From positions 1 to 29,037 of the IMG/VR virus record IMGVR_UViG_3300045988_046105: a stretch of 29,037 bases of DNA; one strand, 5' to 3'. Position 1 is the stretch's first letter. Each line of letters begins with the position of its first letter. Source of the DNA: a virus (Duplodnaviria > Heunggongvirae > Uroviricota > Caudoviricetes). The notes under the pieces were generated by a model, which was given only the letters and a program-made list of their open reading frames with translations, searched no databases and was not told the origin of the DNA. The position numbers were made by a program, and so were the translations under genes. Of the stretch, positions 8,227-17,793 are shown in pieces.

Positions 8227-8664
8227 ATGATCACCGACAAACTGTTGATGTTCTCCGAAGCACAGGCGGTAATTGATACCGCGGCTTCTACTGACGTAAT
8301 CGATCTCGGTCCAATTGACGGAAAACGTCGTGATATCGGCGTTGGTTACCCGCTTGAGTTTTGGGCGCTGGTTAACACAGCCGCCGCGGCAAGCGGTGAT
8401 GCAACTGTAAACATCCAGTTGCAGACGAGTGAGAATAACAGCTCATGGACCACTATTTATGATAGTGGCGCACTGGCAAAGACCGCCCTGACAGCAGGTA
8501 AACGAGTTGTTTCTGCAAAGGTGCCTGCCGGTGTTCAGCGATATCTGCGTGTTAACTACTCCGTCGCAACTGGCCCACTAACGGCTGGCGAATTCACTGC
8601 TGGTATCAGTCTTGATGTTGATGCCAATACGCCGTATCCGATCCGCTCAAAAGTAACTGGTTAA
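8227..8664 (+). CDS. capsid decoration / structural protein (predicted)
   Basis: 145 aa, beta-rich, SD GGAGAAAG, immediately downstream of major capsid gene. Confidence 0.45.
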   Translation: MITDKLLMFSEAQAVIDTAASTDVIDLGPIDGKRRDIGVGYPLEFWALVNTAAAASGDATVNIQLQTSENNSSWTTIYDSGALAKTALTAGKRVVSAKVPAGVQRYLRVNYSVATGPLTAGEFTAGISLDVDANTPYPIRSKVTG

Positions 8665-8674
8665 GGTGATATCG

Positions 8675-9010
8675 ATGTCAGGTGAGAAACCAAGATACCG
8701 CGTTCTGCGCCTCTCTCATATCCATAACACTCTGTGGCCGGAGGGGGCAGAAATCGAATACGAAGGTGAGCCTGGTAGCGCACTGGAACCTGTTAACGAT
8801 GCAGCCAGACAGGCAAAAGCAAAAGTTGCAGGAAAAGTGTCAATGGCAGCAACCAGCACCAAAATCATCAACGATGTGTCAGATGATGGTGAACTGGATA
8901 AGCTCCGTGAAGAGTACGAATTGCTCTTTAACGAGAAGCCACACCATAACGCCAAAGCCGAAACGCTCCGCGAGAAGATCGCAGATAAGCGTAAAGAACT
9001 GGGCGTGTAA
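8675..9010 (+). CDS. hypothetical protein
   Basis: ATG 8675 with AAGGTGA SD (track start 8666 is GTG); charged C-half; followed by a terminator. Confidence 0.5.
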   Translation: MSGEKPRYRVLRLSHIHNTLWPEGAEIEYEGEPGSALEPVNDAARQAKAKVAGKVSMAATSTKIINDVSDDGELDKLREEYELLFNEKPHHNAKAETLREKIADKRKELGV

Positions 9011-9026
9011 GCCTCGCGGATCAGAC

Positions 9027-9048
9027 AAGGGGCTTCGGCCCCTTTATT
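9027..9048 (+). terminator. intrinsic terminator after capsid gene block
   Basis: AAGGGGC-TTCG-GCCCCTT followed by TTATT. Confidence 0.6.
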
Positions 9049-9054
9049 GCAGGA

Positions 9055-9384
9055 GTGTATATGGAACTCGTAAACCTCAAAACCGGCACTGACAGCTACC
9101 AGGATGAGAGCGGAGAAACCAGAACTCGCGATGAATACCCGTGGGGGCTGTGCATCACTCTTAATAACGACACATTGAATAAGCTGAAGGCGCAACCTCA
9201 GGGCGTCGGAACAGAAGTGATGATAACTGCAAAGGCTGTTATTCGAGGTCTGTCTGCCAGAGAAACTGACGATGGTGTTAATCGCAGCGCCGATCTGCAG
9301 ATCACTGATATGGCAATCGCTCCTGTTTCCGGTGATGTAGAAAAATCAGCGGCTGAAACCCTCTACGGTAACGGGGGTGAGTGA
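9055..9384 (+). CDS. hypothetical virion protein (109 aa)
   Basis: SD AGGAG; stop overlaps next start. Confidence 0.5.
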   Translation: MYMELVNLKTGTDSYQDESGETRTRDEYPWGLCITLNNDTLNKLKAQPQGVGTEVMITAKAVIRGLSARETDDGVNRSADLQITDMAIAPVSGDVEKSAAETLYGNGGE

Positions 9385-9989
9385 TGGCCTCTGTAGTAGA
9401 GATCTGTAATCGTGCGCTGTCCAATATTGGCAACAGCCGCAGCATTAACAGCCTGACGGAAGCCAGCAAGGAAGCAGGGGAATGTTCGCTGCACTTTGAG
9501 GCCTGCCGTGATGCTGTGCTTTCTGATTTTGACTGGAACTTTGCTACCAAACGCGTGGCGCTTGCAGATACGAACAATCCACCGCCTGACTGGGAATATG
9601 CGTATCAGTACCCGTCCGATTGTCTGCGCATTACTGAAATTATGCTTCCTGGTGTACGCAATCCAACAGCAGCAATGCGCGTTCAGTACGAAGTTGGTGC
9701 AGACACCAACGGAACAGGAAAGTTGATCTACACAGACCAGCCGCAGGCATGGCTCAAGTATGTCTCTCGCGTTTCAGATGTGAACATGTTTGATGCCATT
9801 TTTATGGAGGCGTTGGCCTGGCGTCTTGCGGCAGCTATTAACATGGCGCTGACTGGGAATGCAGACCTCGGTACGTTTGCCCTCAATATGTACAATCGCG
9901 TGATTCTTAGTGCTGGCTCGCATAGCCAGAATGAATCACAGGAACCACAGCCACCGGTTGATGAGTTTACCATTGCGAGGTTGTCCTGA
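9384..9989 (+). CDS. tail tubular protein A-like (adaptor/gatekeeper, T7 gp11-like)
   Basis: About 200 aa; N-terminal pattern N-AL-IG...L-E......W-F resembles T7 gp11 (recollection); precedes the gp12-like gene. Confidence 0.55.
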   Translation: MASVVEICNRALSNIGNSRSINSLTEASKEAGECSLHFEACRDAVLSDFDWNFATKRVALADTNNPPPDWEYAYQYPSDCLRITEIMLPGVRNPTAAMRVQYEVGADTNGTGKLIYTDQPQAWLKYVSRVSDVNMFDAIFMEALAWRLAAAINMALTGNADLGTFALNMYNRVILSAGSHSQNESQEPQPPVDEFTIARLS

Positions 9990-12460
9990 TGGCTATCAGT
10001 TGGATCCAGCCCAGCTTTGCCGGTGGTGAGATTGGACCGTCGTTGTACGGGCGTATTGACATGGCGAAGTACCAGGTGGCATTGCGCAAGTGCGATAACT
10101 TTATCGTGCGGCAGTATGGCGGCGTTGAGAATCGACCTGGTACGCGTTTTGTCGGTGCCGCCAAATACCCAAATCGGAAATGCCGCCTGATCCCGTTCCA
10201 GTTCTCGACGGTTCAGACCTATGCTCTGGAGTTCGGACACCAGTACATGCGCGTTATCAAAGATGGTGCGTTGGTGCTGAACAGCAGCAATGTTATTTAT
10301 GAAATTGCCACGCCATATACTGAAGCCGATCTGTTCCGAATTAAATTCACGCAAAGCGCCGACGTGCTTACGCTGGTTCATCCGGCATACCCGCCGAAAG
10401 AGTTGCGTCGCTATGCGCATGACAACTGGCAACTGGTTGATGTGGTAACGAAGAACGGGCCATTTGAAGATATCAATATTGACGAGTCAGTGACGGTTTA
10501 TGCCAGCGCCAGCACCGGGACAATTACGTTAACGGCAAGCGCCTCTATTTTTGGCGCGGAGCAGGTAGGCAAATTGTTCTATCTGGAACAGCCTGCAGTG
10601 GATTCTGTGCCGGTATGGGAAACCAGTAAGAGTACGTCGATTGGCGATATTCGCCGTGCAGACAGTAACTACTATCGCGCCGTTACAGCAGGCAAAACAG
10701 GTACTTTGCGCCCTTCGCATACAGAAGGCACATCATGGGATGGCTGGGGCGGATCCGGTGATGATGATACTGGCATTGAGTGGGAATATCTGCACAGTGG
10801 TTTTGGCATTGCCCGTATCACTGCTGCAAATGGAACTACTGCAACTGCCGAGGTGATTTCCTATATCCCTTCGCAGGTAGTTGGCGAGGATAATGCCAGC
10901 TATAAATGGGCTAAATATGCCTGGAACAGTGTTAATGGTTATCCTGGCACTGTTGTTTATTATCAACAACGTCTTTACTTCGCCGCATCGACTGCGTTCC
11001 CTCAGACTATCTGGGCCAGCCGTACCGGGGATTATAAGGATTTTGGCAAAAGCAATCCTACGCAGGATGACGACAGAATTATCTACACCTATGCCGGGCG
11101 TCAGGTTAATGAGATCCGCCACCTGATTGATGTCGGTTCGCTGGTGGCACTGACTTCCGGAGGTGAGTACGTCATCACCGGCTACCAGAACAAAGTATTA
11201 ACCCCATCATCATTTGCATTCAGCTCTCAGGGATCAAATGGCTCGAGCAATGTCCCACCAATTGCCGTGGCGAATATTGCTCTGTTCGTCCAGGAGAAAG
11301 GCAGTGTTGTCCGTGATCTGGCCTACTCATTCGATGTTGACGGCTATCAGGGGAACGACCTTACTATCCTTGCCAATCATCTTTTTCAGAAGCACAGCAT
11401 TGTTGACTGGTGCTTCTCTATTGTCCCTTACTCCAGCGCCTTCTGCATTCGTGATGACGGTAAATTACTGGTGATGACCTATTTGCGTGATCAACAGGTT
11501 TTTGCATGGGCACCACAATCCAGTACCGGAAAATATGAAAGCACATGCAGTATCAGCGAAGGCAATGAAGATGCGGTGTATTTCGTCGTTAACCGAACCG
11601 TTAACGGGCAAACAGTGAGATACATCGAGAGACTGTCCAGCCGTTTATTTACCAGCGATGAAGATGCTTTCTTTGTTGATTCTGGCCTTAGCTATGATGG
11701 AAGAAATACGTCTGACAGAACGATGACCATCACTGGTGGTTCTGGTGAATGGGATTACCGCGCGGAATATACAATCAGTGTTTCTGGTGGTGCGTACTTC
11801 ACCAGTAGTGATGTCGGTGCGCAACTACAGTTCCCTTATGCCGGAACTGATCCTGATACTGGCGATAAAGTGTCAAAAGAATTACGTTGCGACATTATTT
11901 CTGTAACCAGCAATACCGCTGTAGTGGTTCGTGCCAACAGGAACGTCCCGCCATCCCTCAGGAATGCGGCCACCACGAACTGGCAGATGGCGCGCCGGAC
12001 ATTTGGAGGCCTGTCTCATCTTGAAGGCCAGACCGTAAACATTCTCTCTGATGCGAACGTGGAACCACAGAAAGTGGTTTCCGGAGGTGCCGTCACGCTG
12101 GAATCTCCGGGGGCTGTAGTGCACATCGGCCTGCCAATAACTGCTGAATTCGAAACACTGGATGTCAACATTAACGGACAGGAAACGCTGCTGGACAAAA
12201 AACAGGTGATCCCCTCCGTTACTCTGGTTGTGAATGCCAGTCGCGGCATCTGGGCGACTACGCCCGGCGGTAAATGGTACGAATATCCACAGCGTGAATT
12301 CGAGTTCTACGATGATCCTGTTGATGATGCTACCGGAAAAGTAGAAGTGAAACTGGACAGTAACTGGGGCAAAAACGGACGTGTAAAAATCCGTCAGCTT
12401 GATCCGTTGCCGCTGTCTGTTCTTGCCGTTATTCCTCGCCTTACTGTTGGGGGATTCTGA
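9989..12460 (+). CDS. tail tubular protein B-like (nozzle, T7 gp12-like)
   Basis: 823 aa, size and position after gp11-like gene; start overlaps upstream stop (TGATG). Confidence 0.6.
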   Translation: MAISWIQPSFAGGEIGPSLYGRIDMAKYQVALRKCDNFIVRQYGGVENRPGTRFVGAAKYPNRKCRLIPFQFSTVQTYALEFGHQYMRVIKDGALVLNSSNVIYEIATPYTEADLFRIKFTQSADVLTLVHPAYPPKELRRYAHDNWQLVDVVTKNGPFEDINIDESVTVYASASTGTITLTASASIFGAEQVGKLFYLEQPAVDSVPVWETSKSTSIGDIRRADSNYYRAVTAGKTGTLRPSHTEGTSWDGWGGSGDDDTGIEWEYLHSGFGIARITAANGTTATAEVISYIPSQVVGEDNASYKWAKYAWNSVNGYPGTVVYYQQRLYFAASTAFPQTIWASRTGDYKDFGKSNPTQDDDRIIYTYAGRQVNEIRHLIDVGSLVALTSGGEYVITGYQNKVLTPSSFAFSSQGSNGSSNVPPIAVANIALFVQEKGSVVRDLAYSFDVDGYQGNDLTILANHLFQKHSIVDWCFSIVPYSSAFCIRDDGKLLVMTYLRDQQVFAWAPQSSTGKYESTCSISEGNEDAVYFVVNRTVNGQTVRYIERLSSRLFTSDEDAFFVDSGLSYDGRNTSDRTMTITGGSGEWDYRAEYTISVSGGAYFTSSDVGAQLQFPYAGTDPDTGDKVSKELRCDIISVTSNTAVVVRANRNVPPSLRNAATTNWQMARRTFGGLSHLEGQTVNILSDANVEPQKVVSGGAVTLESPGAVVHIGLPITAEFETLDVNINGQETLLDKKQVIPSVTLVVNASRGIWATTPGGKWYEYPQREFEFYDDPVDDATGKVEVKLDSNWGKNGRVKIRQLDPLPLSVLAVIPRLTVGGF

Positions 12461-12924
12461 TGATCGATGTTCGAATTATTCCCGCCACCGAAGAGCATCT
12501 TCAGATGATTTTGCCGGATGTTCGTCAGGCTGATATTGACGAACTGTATGCGGTATCGCTGATGACTACCGAAGATGCGCTGCGTGTTGGTCTTCGCACT
12601 GCGACTATGGCCTGGTCAGGGTTCGCGAACGGAGAACTGGTAACCATGTTTGGTGTATCTCCGGCGTCAATGATCGGTGGCAATGGTACACCCTGGCTGG
12701 TCGGAACCAGCCGTATTGAAAAATATCAGAAGACATTTCTTCGCCACTGCCGACCTGTATTGCAGCAGATGCTGGCAGTTTATCCGCTCCTGGAAAACTA
12801 CGTCGACGAGCGAAACCATGTTGCCAAAGCATGGCTGCACTGGCTTGGATTCAGGCTTGAAGAAGCCGCGCCTTATGGTGCTCTTGGTCTTAATTTCCAC
12901 AGATTTCACATGGAGAGAAAATAA
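12460..12924 (+). CDS. hypothetical virion protein (gp13 position)
   Basis: 154 aa; ATG overlaps upstream stop; located between tail tube B and gp14-like gene. Confidence 0.5.
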   Translation: MIDVRIIPATEEHLQMILPDVRQADIDELYAVSLMTTEDALRVGLRTATMAWSGFANGELVTMFGVSPASMIGGNGTPWLVGTSRIEKYQKTFLRHCRPVLQQMLAVYPLLENYVDERNHVAKAWLHWLGFRLEEAAPYGALGLNFHRFHMERK

Positions 12925-13463
12925 TGTGTAACCCAGCCATCGCTTTGGTTGCCGTCACAGTGGCATCCACAGCCGCGTCAATGTACAGCCAGAGCAAGCA
13001 GGCAAAATACCAGTCAGCCATAGCTGATCGGAATGCTGAAATTGCTGAAGCTCAGGCACAGGATTCAATCAATCGTGGGAATATTGAAGCGGATCAGCGT
13101 CGTCGTGAAATGCGTCAACGCTCAGGCACTGCGGCGGCCACTATGGGGGCTACCGGTGCGGAATTAAGTAGCGGAACAGCTCTTGACGTTTTTGCGGATA
13201 ATGCTCAGTTCGGCACTCTTGATGCGTTAACGACAGTGAATAATGCTCAGCGTGAGGCATATGGGTATCAGGTTCAGGGAATGAATGCTCAGGCACAGGG
13301 GGCTGCTGCTCAGTCGGCTGCTAAATCATCGATGACCAGCACTTTGTTAACGGCACCACTAAAAGCATACGGTGCATACCAGATGGGCGGCGGAACGTGG
13401 AGCCCGTTCTCTCAGAAGGCTGCGCCGATTTCTGCTGCTGTTGGCACTCCAACCGGTCGATAA
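12924..13463 (+). CDS. internal virion protein B-like (T7 gp14-like)
   Basis: N-terminus MC..AIALVAVTVAS and C-terminus ...APISAAVGTPTGR resemble T7 gp14 termini (recollection). Confidence 0.6.
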   Translation: MCNPAIALVAVTVASTAASMYSQSKQAKYQSAIADRNAEIAEAQAQDSINRGNIEADQRRREMRQRSGTAAATMGATGAELSSGTALDVFADNAQFGTLDALTTVNNAQREAYGYQVQGMNAQAQGAAAQSAAKSSMTSTLLTAPLKAYGAYQMGGGTWSPFSQKAAPISAAVGTPTGR

Positions 13464-13475
13464 GGGGATAATAAG

Positions 13476-15989
13476 ATGCCAGTTGTACCAACAACATCGG
13501 GCCGTCAGGTTCAGAGCAGAGGGATTTCGACGCAGGGATTCTCATCGTTTCAGACACCAAATGTCGGTGATGTACTTGGCGATGTTGCAGAGCAATATGC
13601 AGGTATTATTGCGCAGGCAAAACAGCGTGCGAATGTTGCTATGGCTCAGGATGCTTCTCTTAGCTTAAGCCAGATAAGCAGCGATCTGCTGAATAACCCT
13701 GAAACAGGTTTGCTTAACCTGAAAGGGAAAAATGCTATTGGAAAAGGTCAGGAGTATACGCAGCAGTTTGATGCTCAGATCGAACAACTGGCTATGTCGC
13801 TGCCGGATGAACAGGCTCGTAATGCTTTCATGCAGCAGGCGCAGCAGCAGCGCATTCAGTTCACTACGCAGGCCGGGCGGCACGAGATATGGCAAATAAA
13901 TGCCTACGAAGAAGGCCAGTTTCAGGCTACGCTGCTGAACAATGGTAAAAATGCCGCAGCATTGTATGGCGACAACGCCGCATACGTATTGGCTAATAAG
14001 CAAACTTTCCAGCAAATTGAGGATTACGGCATTGCACATGGCTGGAGTGACGAGCAAATCCAGGCCAAGAAAATCGAGTTTAAAGAAGCAACAGCAAAAG
14101 CAACTGCTCAAAATGCTATTGGAGCAAACTATCTTCAGGTAAGACAGCAAAACGGCGAGTTAAGCGATACTGCTGCTGGTTCTCGCCGTGCTGTAGCAGA
14201 TAGTGGCTCTTCCGATCGTACCCGCGGTATACGCAACAATAACCCCGGCAATCTTGAATACAGCAAAACTAATCCGTGGGTTGGGCAGACTGGTGATGAT
14301 GGTCGCTTTGCCAAATTCGAAACCCCTGAACACGGTATTCGTGCATTAGGGCGGAACCTGATGTCGTATCAGCGGCAGGGTATTGATACCGTCAGCGAGA
14401 TAATTAATCGCTGGGCACCGCCTACTGATAAAAATGACACTATGTCGTATATCAAAGCAGTGTGCGAACAACTTGGCGTTTCTGCTGATGAGCCTCTCGA
14501 TGCATCAAATCCTGATACCCTGAAGGCGCTTTGTGCAGCCATTATCCATCATGAAAACGGTAGCCAGCCATACAGTGATCAGCAGTTAACTGCAGGTGTT
14601 AGTGCTGCGCTGGGGCTTTCTCAGCTACCGACAAAAAATAAACGTTATACCGGTGTAGCCTGGTTCGATGCTTTAAGTGAATCAGATCAGGCCAGCGTGT
14701 TGCGACAGACTGATGCACTAGCCAGACAACAGCAGGCTGAATATAAAACGATGCTCGACAGCCGGGTTCGCGATGCGACGGCTGCGTATATGCGTGGCAT
14801 TGAATTTCCTAACCCACCTGGTGAGGATGATTTTATTGCAGCTTATGGAGTCAGAGAAGGAAACCTGCGATATACCGAGTTTAAGAATACGCAGATCGCC
14901 GGACAGTATATAGGCTCTTTCCGCAACATGCCGACAAGCAGCATTACAGCATATGTTGAGCAATTACGCCCGGATACTGGTGATACAGGGGAGGGGTATG
15001 CGGCACGCGCAACTCTTTATGACAACGTTGTTTCGGCTGCAAATCAGGTGATAAAGCAGCGGCAGTCGGATCCTGTGCAGTTCTCTCTTGCCTCCGGACA
15101 GGCAAAGCCTATCGACATGAGCAATAAGGATAACTTTGGACAGAGCGTTGCCTTGCGTGCCGCTCAGGTCAGTGACCTTGCTAAGTCATATGGCACTCCA
15201 CTGACGTTCTTTTCCAAAGACGAGGCCAATCAGATCGGTGTTTTCTTTCGTGATGCGCCAGTTTCCCAACAGGCAGCATATCTCGATACCATCAGGCAGA
15301 GCACTGGTGGTGGGCAGGTGTATATGTCAGCACTACAGCAGATCAGTGCCAACGCTCCATCTGCTGCCGTTGCCGGGATACTGATGGATAAGCCTGGTGG
15401 TATTTTGGCAGAAAAAAACTGGTTTAATCCGGATGTTTCCGTGTCTCCTGAAACCGCTGCGCAGACAATTCTTGCTGGCGCGGCGGCTCGTAAAGGTACT
15501 GATGATGCGAAAGGTATTCCGATGCCTAAAGATGCTGATCTTCGCCTTGAGTTTTCTGACATGGTGAAGGATGCATTTGCTGGTGACGCTCAGGGCGCAT
15601 CAATGGCATACGAGATCGCAAAGGATTATTACGCTGGTGTGATGGCGAAAAAAGGCGTGGTATCAGGCGAAATTGACAATGATGTCTGGAAACAGGCTGT
15701 TAACGTAGCTACAGGTGGCGTGCATGACTATAACGGAATGGGGAATGTCCTTTTGCCGTGGGGAATGTCTGCAGAGCAATTCGATAAGCAGGTTAATCAG
15801 GCTTGGAATGAACAAGTTGTCGGCTCCGGGATAAAAACACCGCCTGGTCAGTATGGTTTGCAAAGTTACGGCGATAGTCAGTACCTGGTGAAACTTGGTA
15901 CTGGTTATCTGCTGAAAGATGATGGTTCTCCCGTTGTTCTTAATCTGACACAGAAGCGTCAGAGATTCTCCGGAGATATTCCGCAATGA
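13476..15989 (+). CDS. internal virion / ejection protein (gp15 position) with embedded NPGN-motif domain
   Basis: 837 aa, SD AAGGGGA; contains GIRNNNPGNLEY...WAPP...IHHENG segment (nt ~14200-14600). Confidence 0.55.
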   Translation: MPVVPTTSGRQVQSRGISTQGFSSFQTPNVGDVLGDVAEQYAGIIAQAKQRANVAMAQDASLSLSQISSDLLNNPETGLLNLKGKNAIGKGQEYTQQFDAQIEQLAMSLPDEQARNAFMQQAQQQRIQFTTQAGRHEIWQINAYEEGQFQATLLNNGKNAAALYGDNAAYVLANKQTFQQIEDYGIAHGWSDEQIQAKKIEFKEATAKATAQNAIGANYLQVRQQNGELSDTAAGSRRAVADSGSSDRTRGIRNNNPGNLEYSKTNPWVGQTGDDGRFAKFETPEHGIRALGRNLMSYQRQGIDTVSEIINRWAPPTDKNDTMSYIKAVCEQLGVSADEPLDASNPDTLKALCAAIIHHENGSQPYSDQQLTAGVSAALGLSQLPTKNKRYTGVAWFDALSESDQASVLRQTDALARQQQAEYKTMLDSRVRDATAAYMRGIEFPNPPGEDDFIAAYGVREGNLRYTEFKNTQIAGQYIGSFRNMPTSSITAYVEQLRPDTGDTGEGYAARATLYDNVVSAANQVIKQRQSDPVQFSLASGQAKPIDMSNKDNFGQSVALRAAQVSDLAKSYGTPLTFFSKDEANQIGVFFRDAPVSQQAAYLDTIRQSTGGGQVYMSALQQISANAPSAAVAGILMDKPGGILAEKNWFNPDVSVSPETAAQTILAGAAARKGTDDAKGIPMPKDADLRLEFSDMVKDAFAGDAQGASMAYEIAKDYYAGVMAKKGVVSGEIDNDVWKQAVNVATGGVHDYNGMGNVLLPWGMSAEQFDKQVNQAWNEQVVGSGIKTPPGQYGLQSYGDSQYLVKLGTGYLLKDDGSPVVLNLTQKRQRFSGDIPQ

Positions 15990-17788
15990 GTTACTTTGGC
16001 CTTAATCCAGTAAACCAGAATCAGCAGCTTGACGAAGCAGCATCAAATCCAGCTGGCTTTAACAGCGATGTTGGTTTTTTCGACAATGCTGTAGGAGCGG
16101 CATTGTCTGGTTTGTACTCCGGGCTGGTGGCAAAGCCAGATCAGTTGCTATGGGCAGGGATGGATAAAATCGTATCCCCGATTGCTCAGTTTGTTAACGA
16201 AAACACCTCGATCAATGACACTTCAGTTTCATACATTGCTGAGCAGAGAAAACTAGCAGAGCAGCAGGTTAAGCGGCTGACGCCTGATGCCGCGACAACC
16301 GGAACCGCCGGGCAGGTCCTTTATGGGTTGTTCGATATGGGCGGGCAGGCTGTTGTCGGTACAACGCTCGGTGGTCCGGTCGGAGGTGCTGCGGCGGTAA
16401 CTTCTCTACAGGGTTTTTCTGAGTTTGAACGGCTTACAGCACAGGGTGTTGATTTCAGGACGGCGCAGGAAGCGGGATTAGTGCAGGGTATTACTGCTGG
16501 TGCCGGAACACTGATCCCTATGAGCCTCGGGTTACGTGCTGGTGGTGCGCTGGCGGAAGGTGTGGCGGCTCAGCTTGCGCGGACGGGTGAAAGTTCAGTG
16601 CGACGCGCCGCAGCAACAGCAGTACGTGCAACGCCAGATATTGCCTATGCCGCAGGTACAAATATTGCGTTCGGTATGGCACAGCGTGGGCTTACTGCAA
16701 AAACGCTTCGTGATGGTGGCTATAGCGAAATGGCTAACCAGTATGATGTGTTGGATCGACAGGCAATTGCTATTGATGCTGTTCTTGGGGTGGCGTTTGG
16801 TGGTGTCGGCAGATTTATTAACTCTCGCGGCGAGTCTACAAGCGCACCAAATTTTTCACCAGTTGATATCGATGCTGCACTGGCGGCGAATGCCGCTCAT
16901 CATGCTGAAATTGATATTGCTCCCGGCGTGCCGATCAACGTGCTTTCGCGTAATTCGCACATTCAGGCTCTGCGAAAAGCCATGTCTGATGTTAGCCAGG
17001 GGAGACCTGTAGACGTTGCCAGCATTGTTGAGTCTGCATCTTTCAGTGAAATTCCTGGACGCAAGAGTCTGCTGTCTCAGGCAGTTAATGAGGCTCTGTC
17101 ATCTGTAGATGATGGAGTAACGGCGCGCGCTATAGAAAATCGGTTGCTTGAAGAACAGGCCGCGCAGCTTTTGCCGCGTGGCGATAGACAGGTTTACCAG
17201 TCTGAAATCGCTAATAGCCAACGAATTATTGAAAATCTCACTGAACAGCGCGCACAAATTCTTGCAGAAGATCCAGCCGGTAGCGGTAAGGCTTTATCTC
17301 GTGCTCGATCAGATAAACAGGCCAGACTTCGCGATATTGACCAACGAATCCGGCAGGCACAAGAACGCCTGGAATTTTCTCGTAACGCGTTGGCACCGCA
17401 TGAGCCTGGCGGTCAGTTTTTTGAAGCTCGAGCAGAACTGGCTCGGAGACAACAGGCAGAAAGTGAACTTAATGCTCAGGCTGTTTCATTCTATAAAACA
17501 GCAGAGGTCAGGACGCCAGACGAAGTATCTCCTTTTGAGCCTGATAAAATATTGCAACAGGCAGAACAAAAAATGATGTCAGATCAGGCAGGAGATATTG
17601 ATTTGCGCATAGCTGAAGACTCGCTGCTTGAATCACCTGACATGATAATCACCGTGCTGGATGATGATGGTAATCCACAATCGCGCAGTGCGCGTGAAGC
17701 ACTGGATGAAGCGAACAGGGAAAGTGAGCAGGCACTACAGGATTCCAGCCTGTTTGATGTCGCTGTGGCGTGTTTCTTGAGAGGTTAA
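15986..17788 (+). CDS. internal virion / ejection protein
   Basis: 600 aa, Ala/Gly-rich with coiled-coil-like C-half; overlaps upstream stop; position in ejection-protein block. Confidence 0.5.
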   Translation: MSYFGLNPVNQNQQLDEAASNPAGFNSDVGFFDNAVGAALSGLYSGLVAKPDQLLWAGMDKIVSPIAQFVNENTSINDTSVSYIAEQRKLAEQQVKRLTPDAATTGTAGQVLYGLFDMGGQAVVGTTLGGPVGGAAAVTSLQGFSEFERLTAQGVDFRTAQEAGLVQGITAGAGTLIPMSLGLRAGGALAEGVAAQLARTGESSVRRAAATAVRATPDIAYAAGTNIAFGMAQRGLTAKTLRDGGYSEMANQYDVLDRQAIAIDAVLGVAFGGVGRFINSRGESTSAPNFSPVDIDAALAANAAHHAEIDIAPGVPINVLSRNSHIQALRKAMSDVSQGRPVDVASIVESASFSEIPGRKSLLSQAVNEALSSVDDGVTARAIENRLLEEQAAQLLPRGDRQVYQSEIANSQRIIENLTEQRAQILAEDPAGSGKALSRARSDKQARLRDIDQRIRQAQERLEFSRNALAPHEPGGQFFEARAELARRQQAESELNAQAVSFYKTAEVRTPDEVSPFEPDKILQQAEQKMMSDQAGDIDLRIAEDSLLESPDMIITVLDDDGNPQSRSAREALDEANRESEQALQDSSLFDVAVACFLRG

Positions 17789-17793
17789 ATTAA

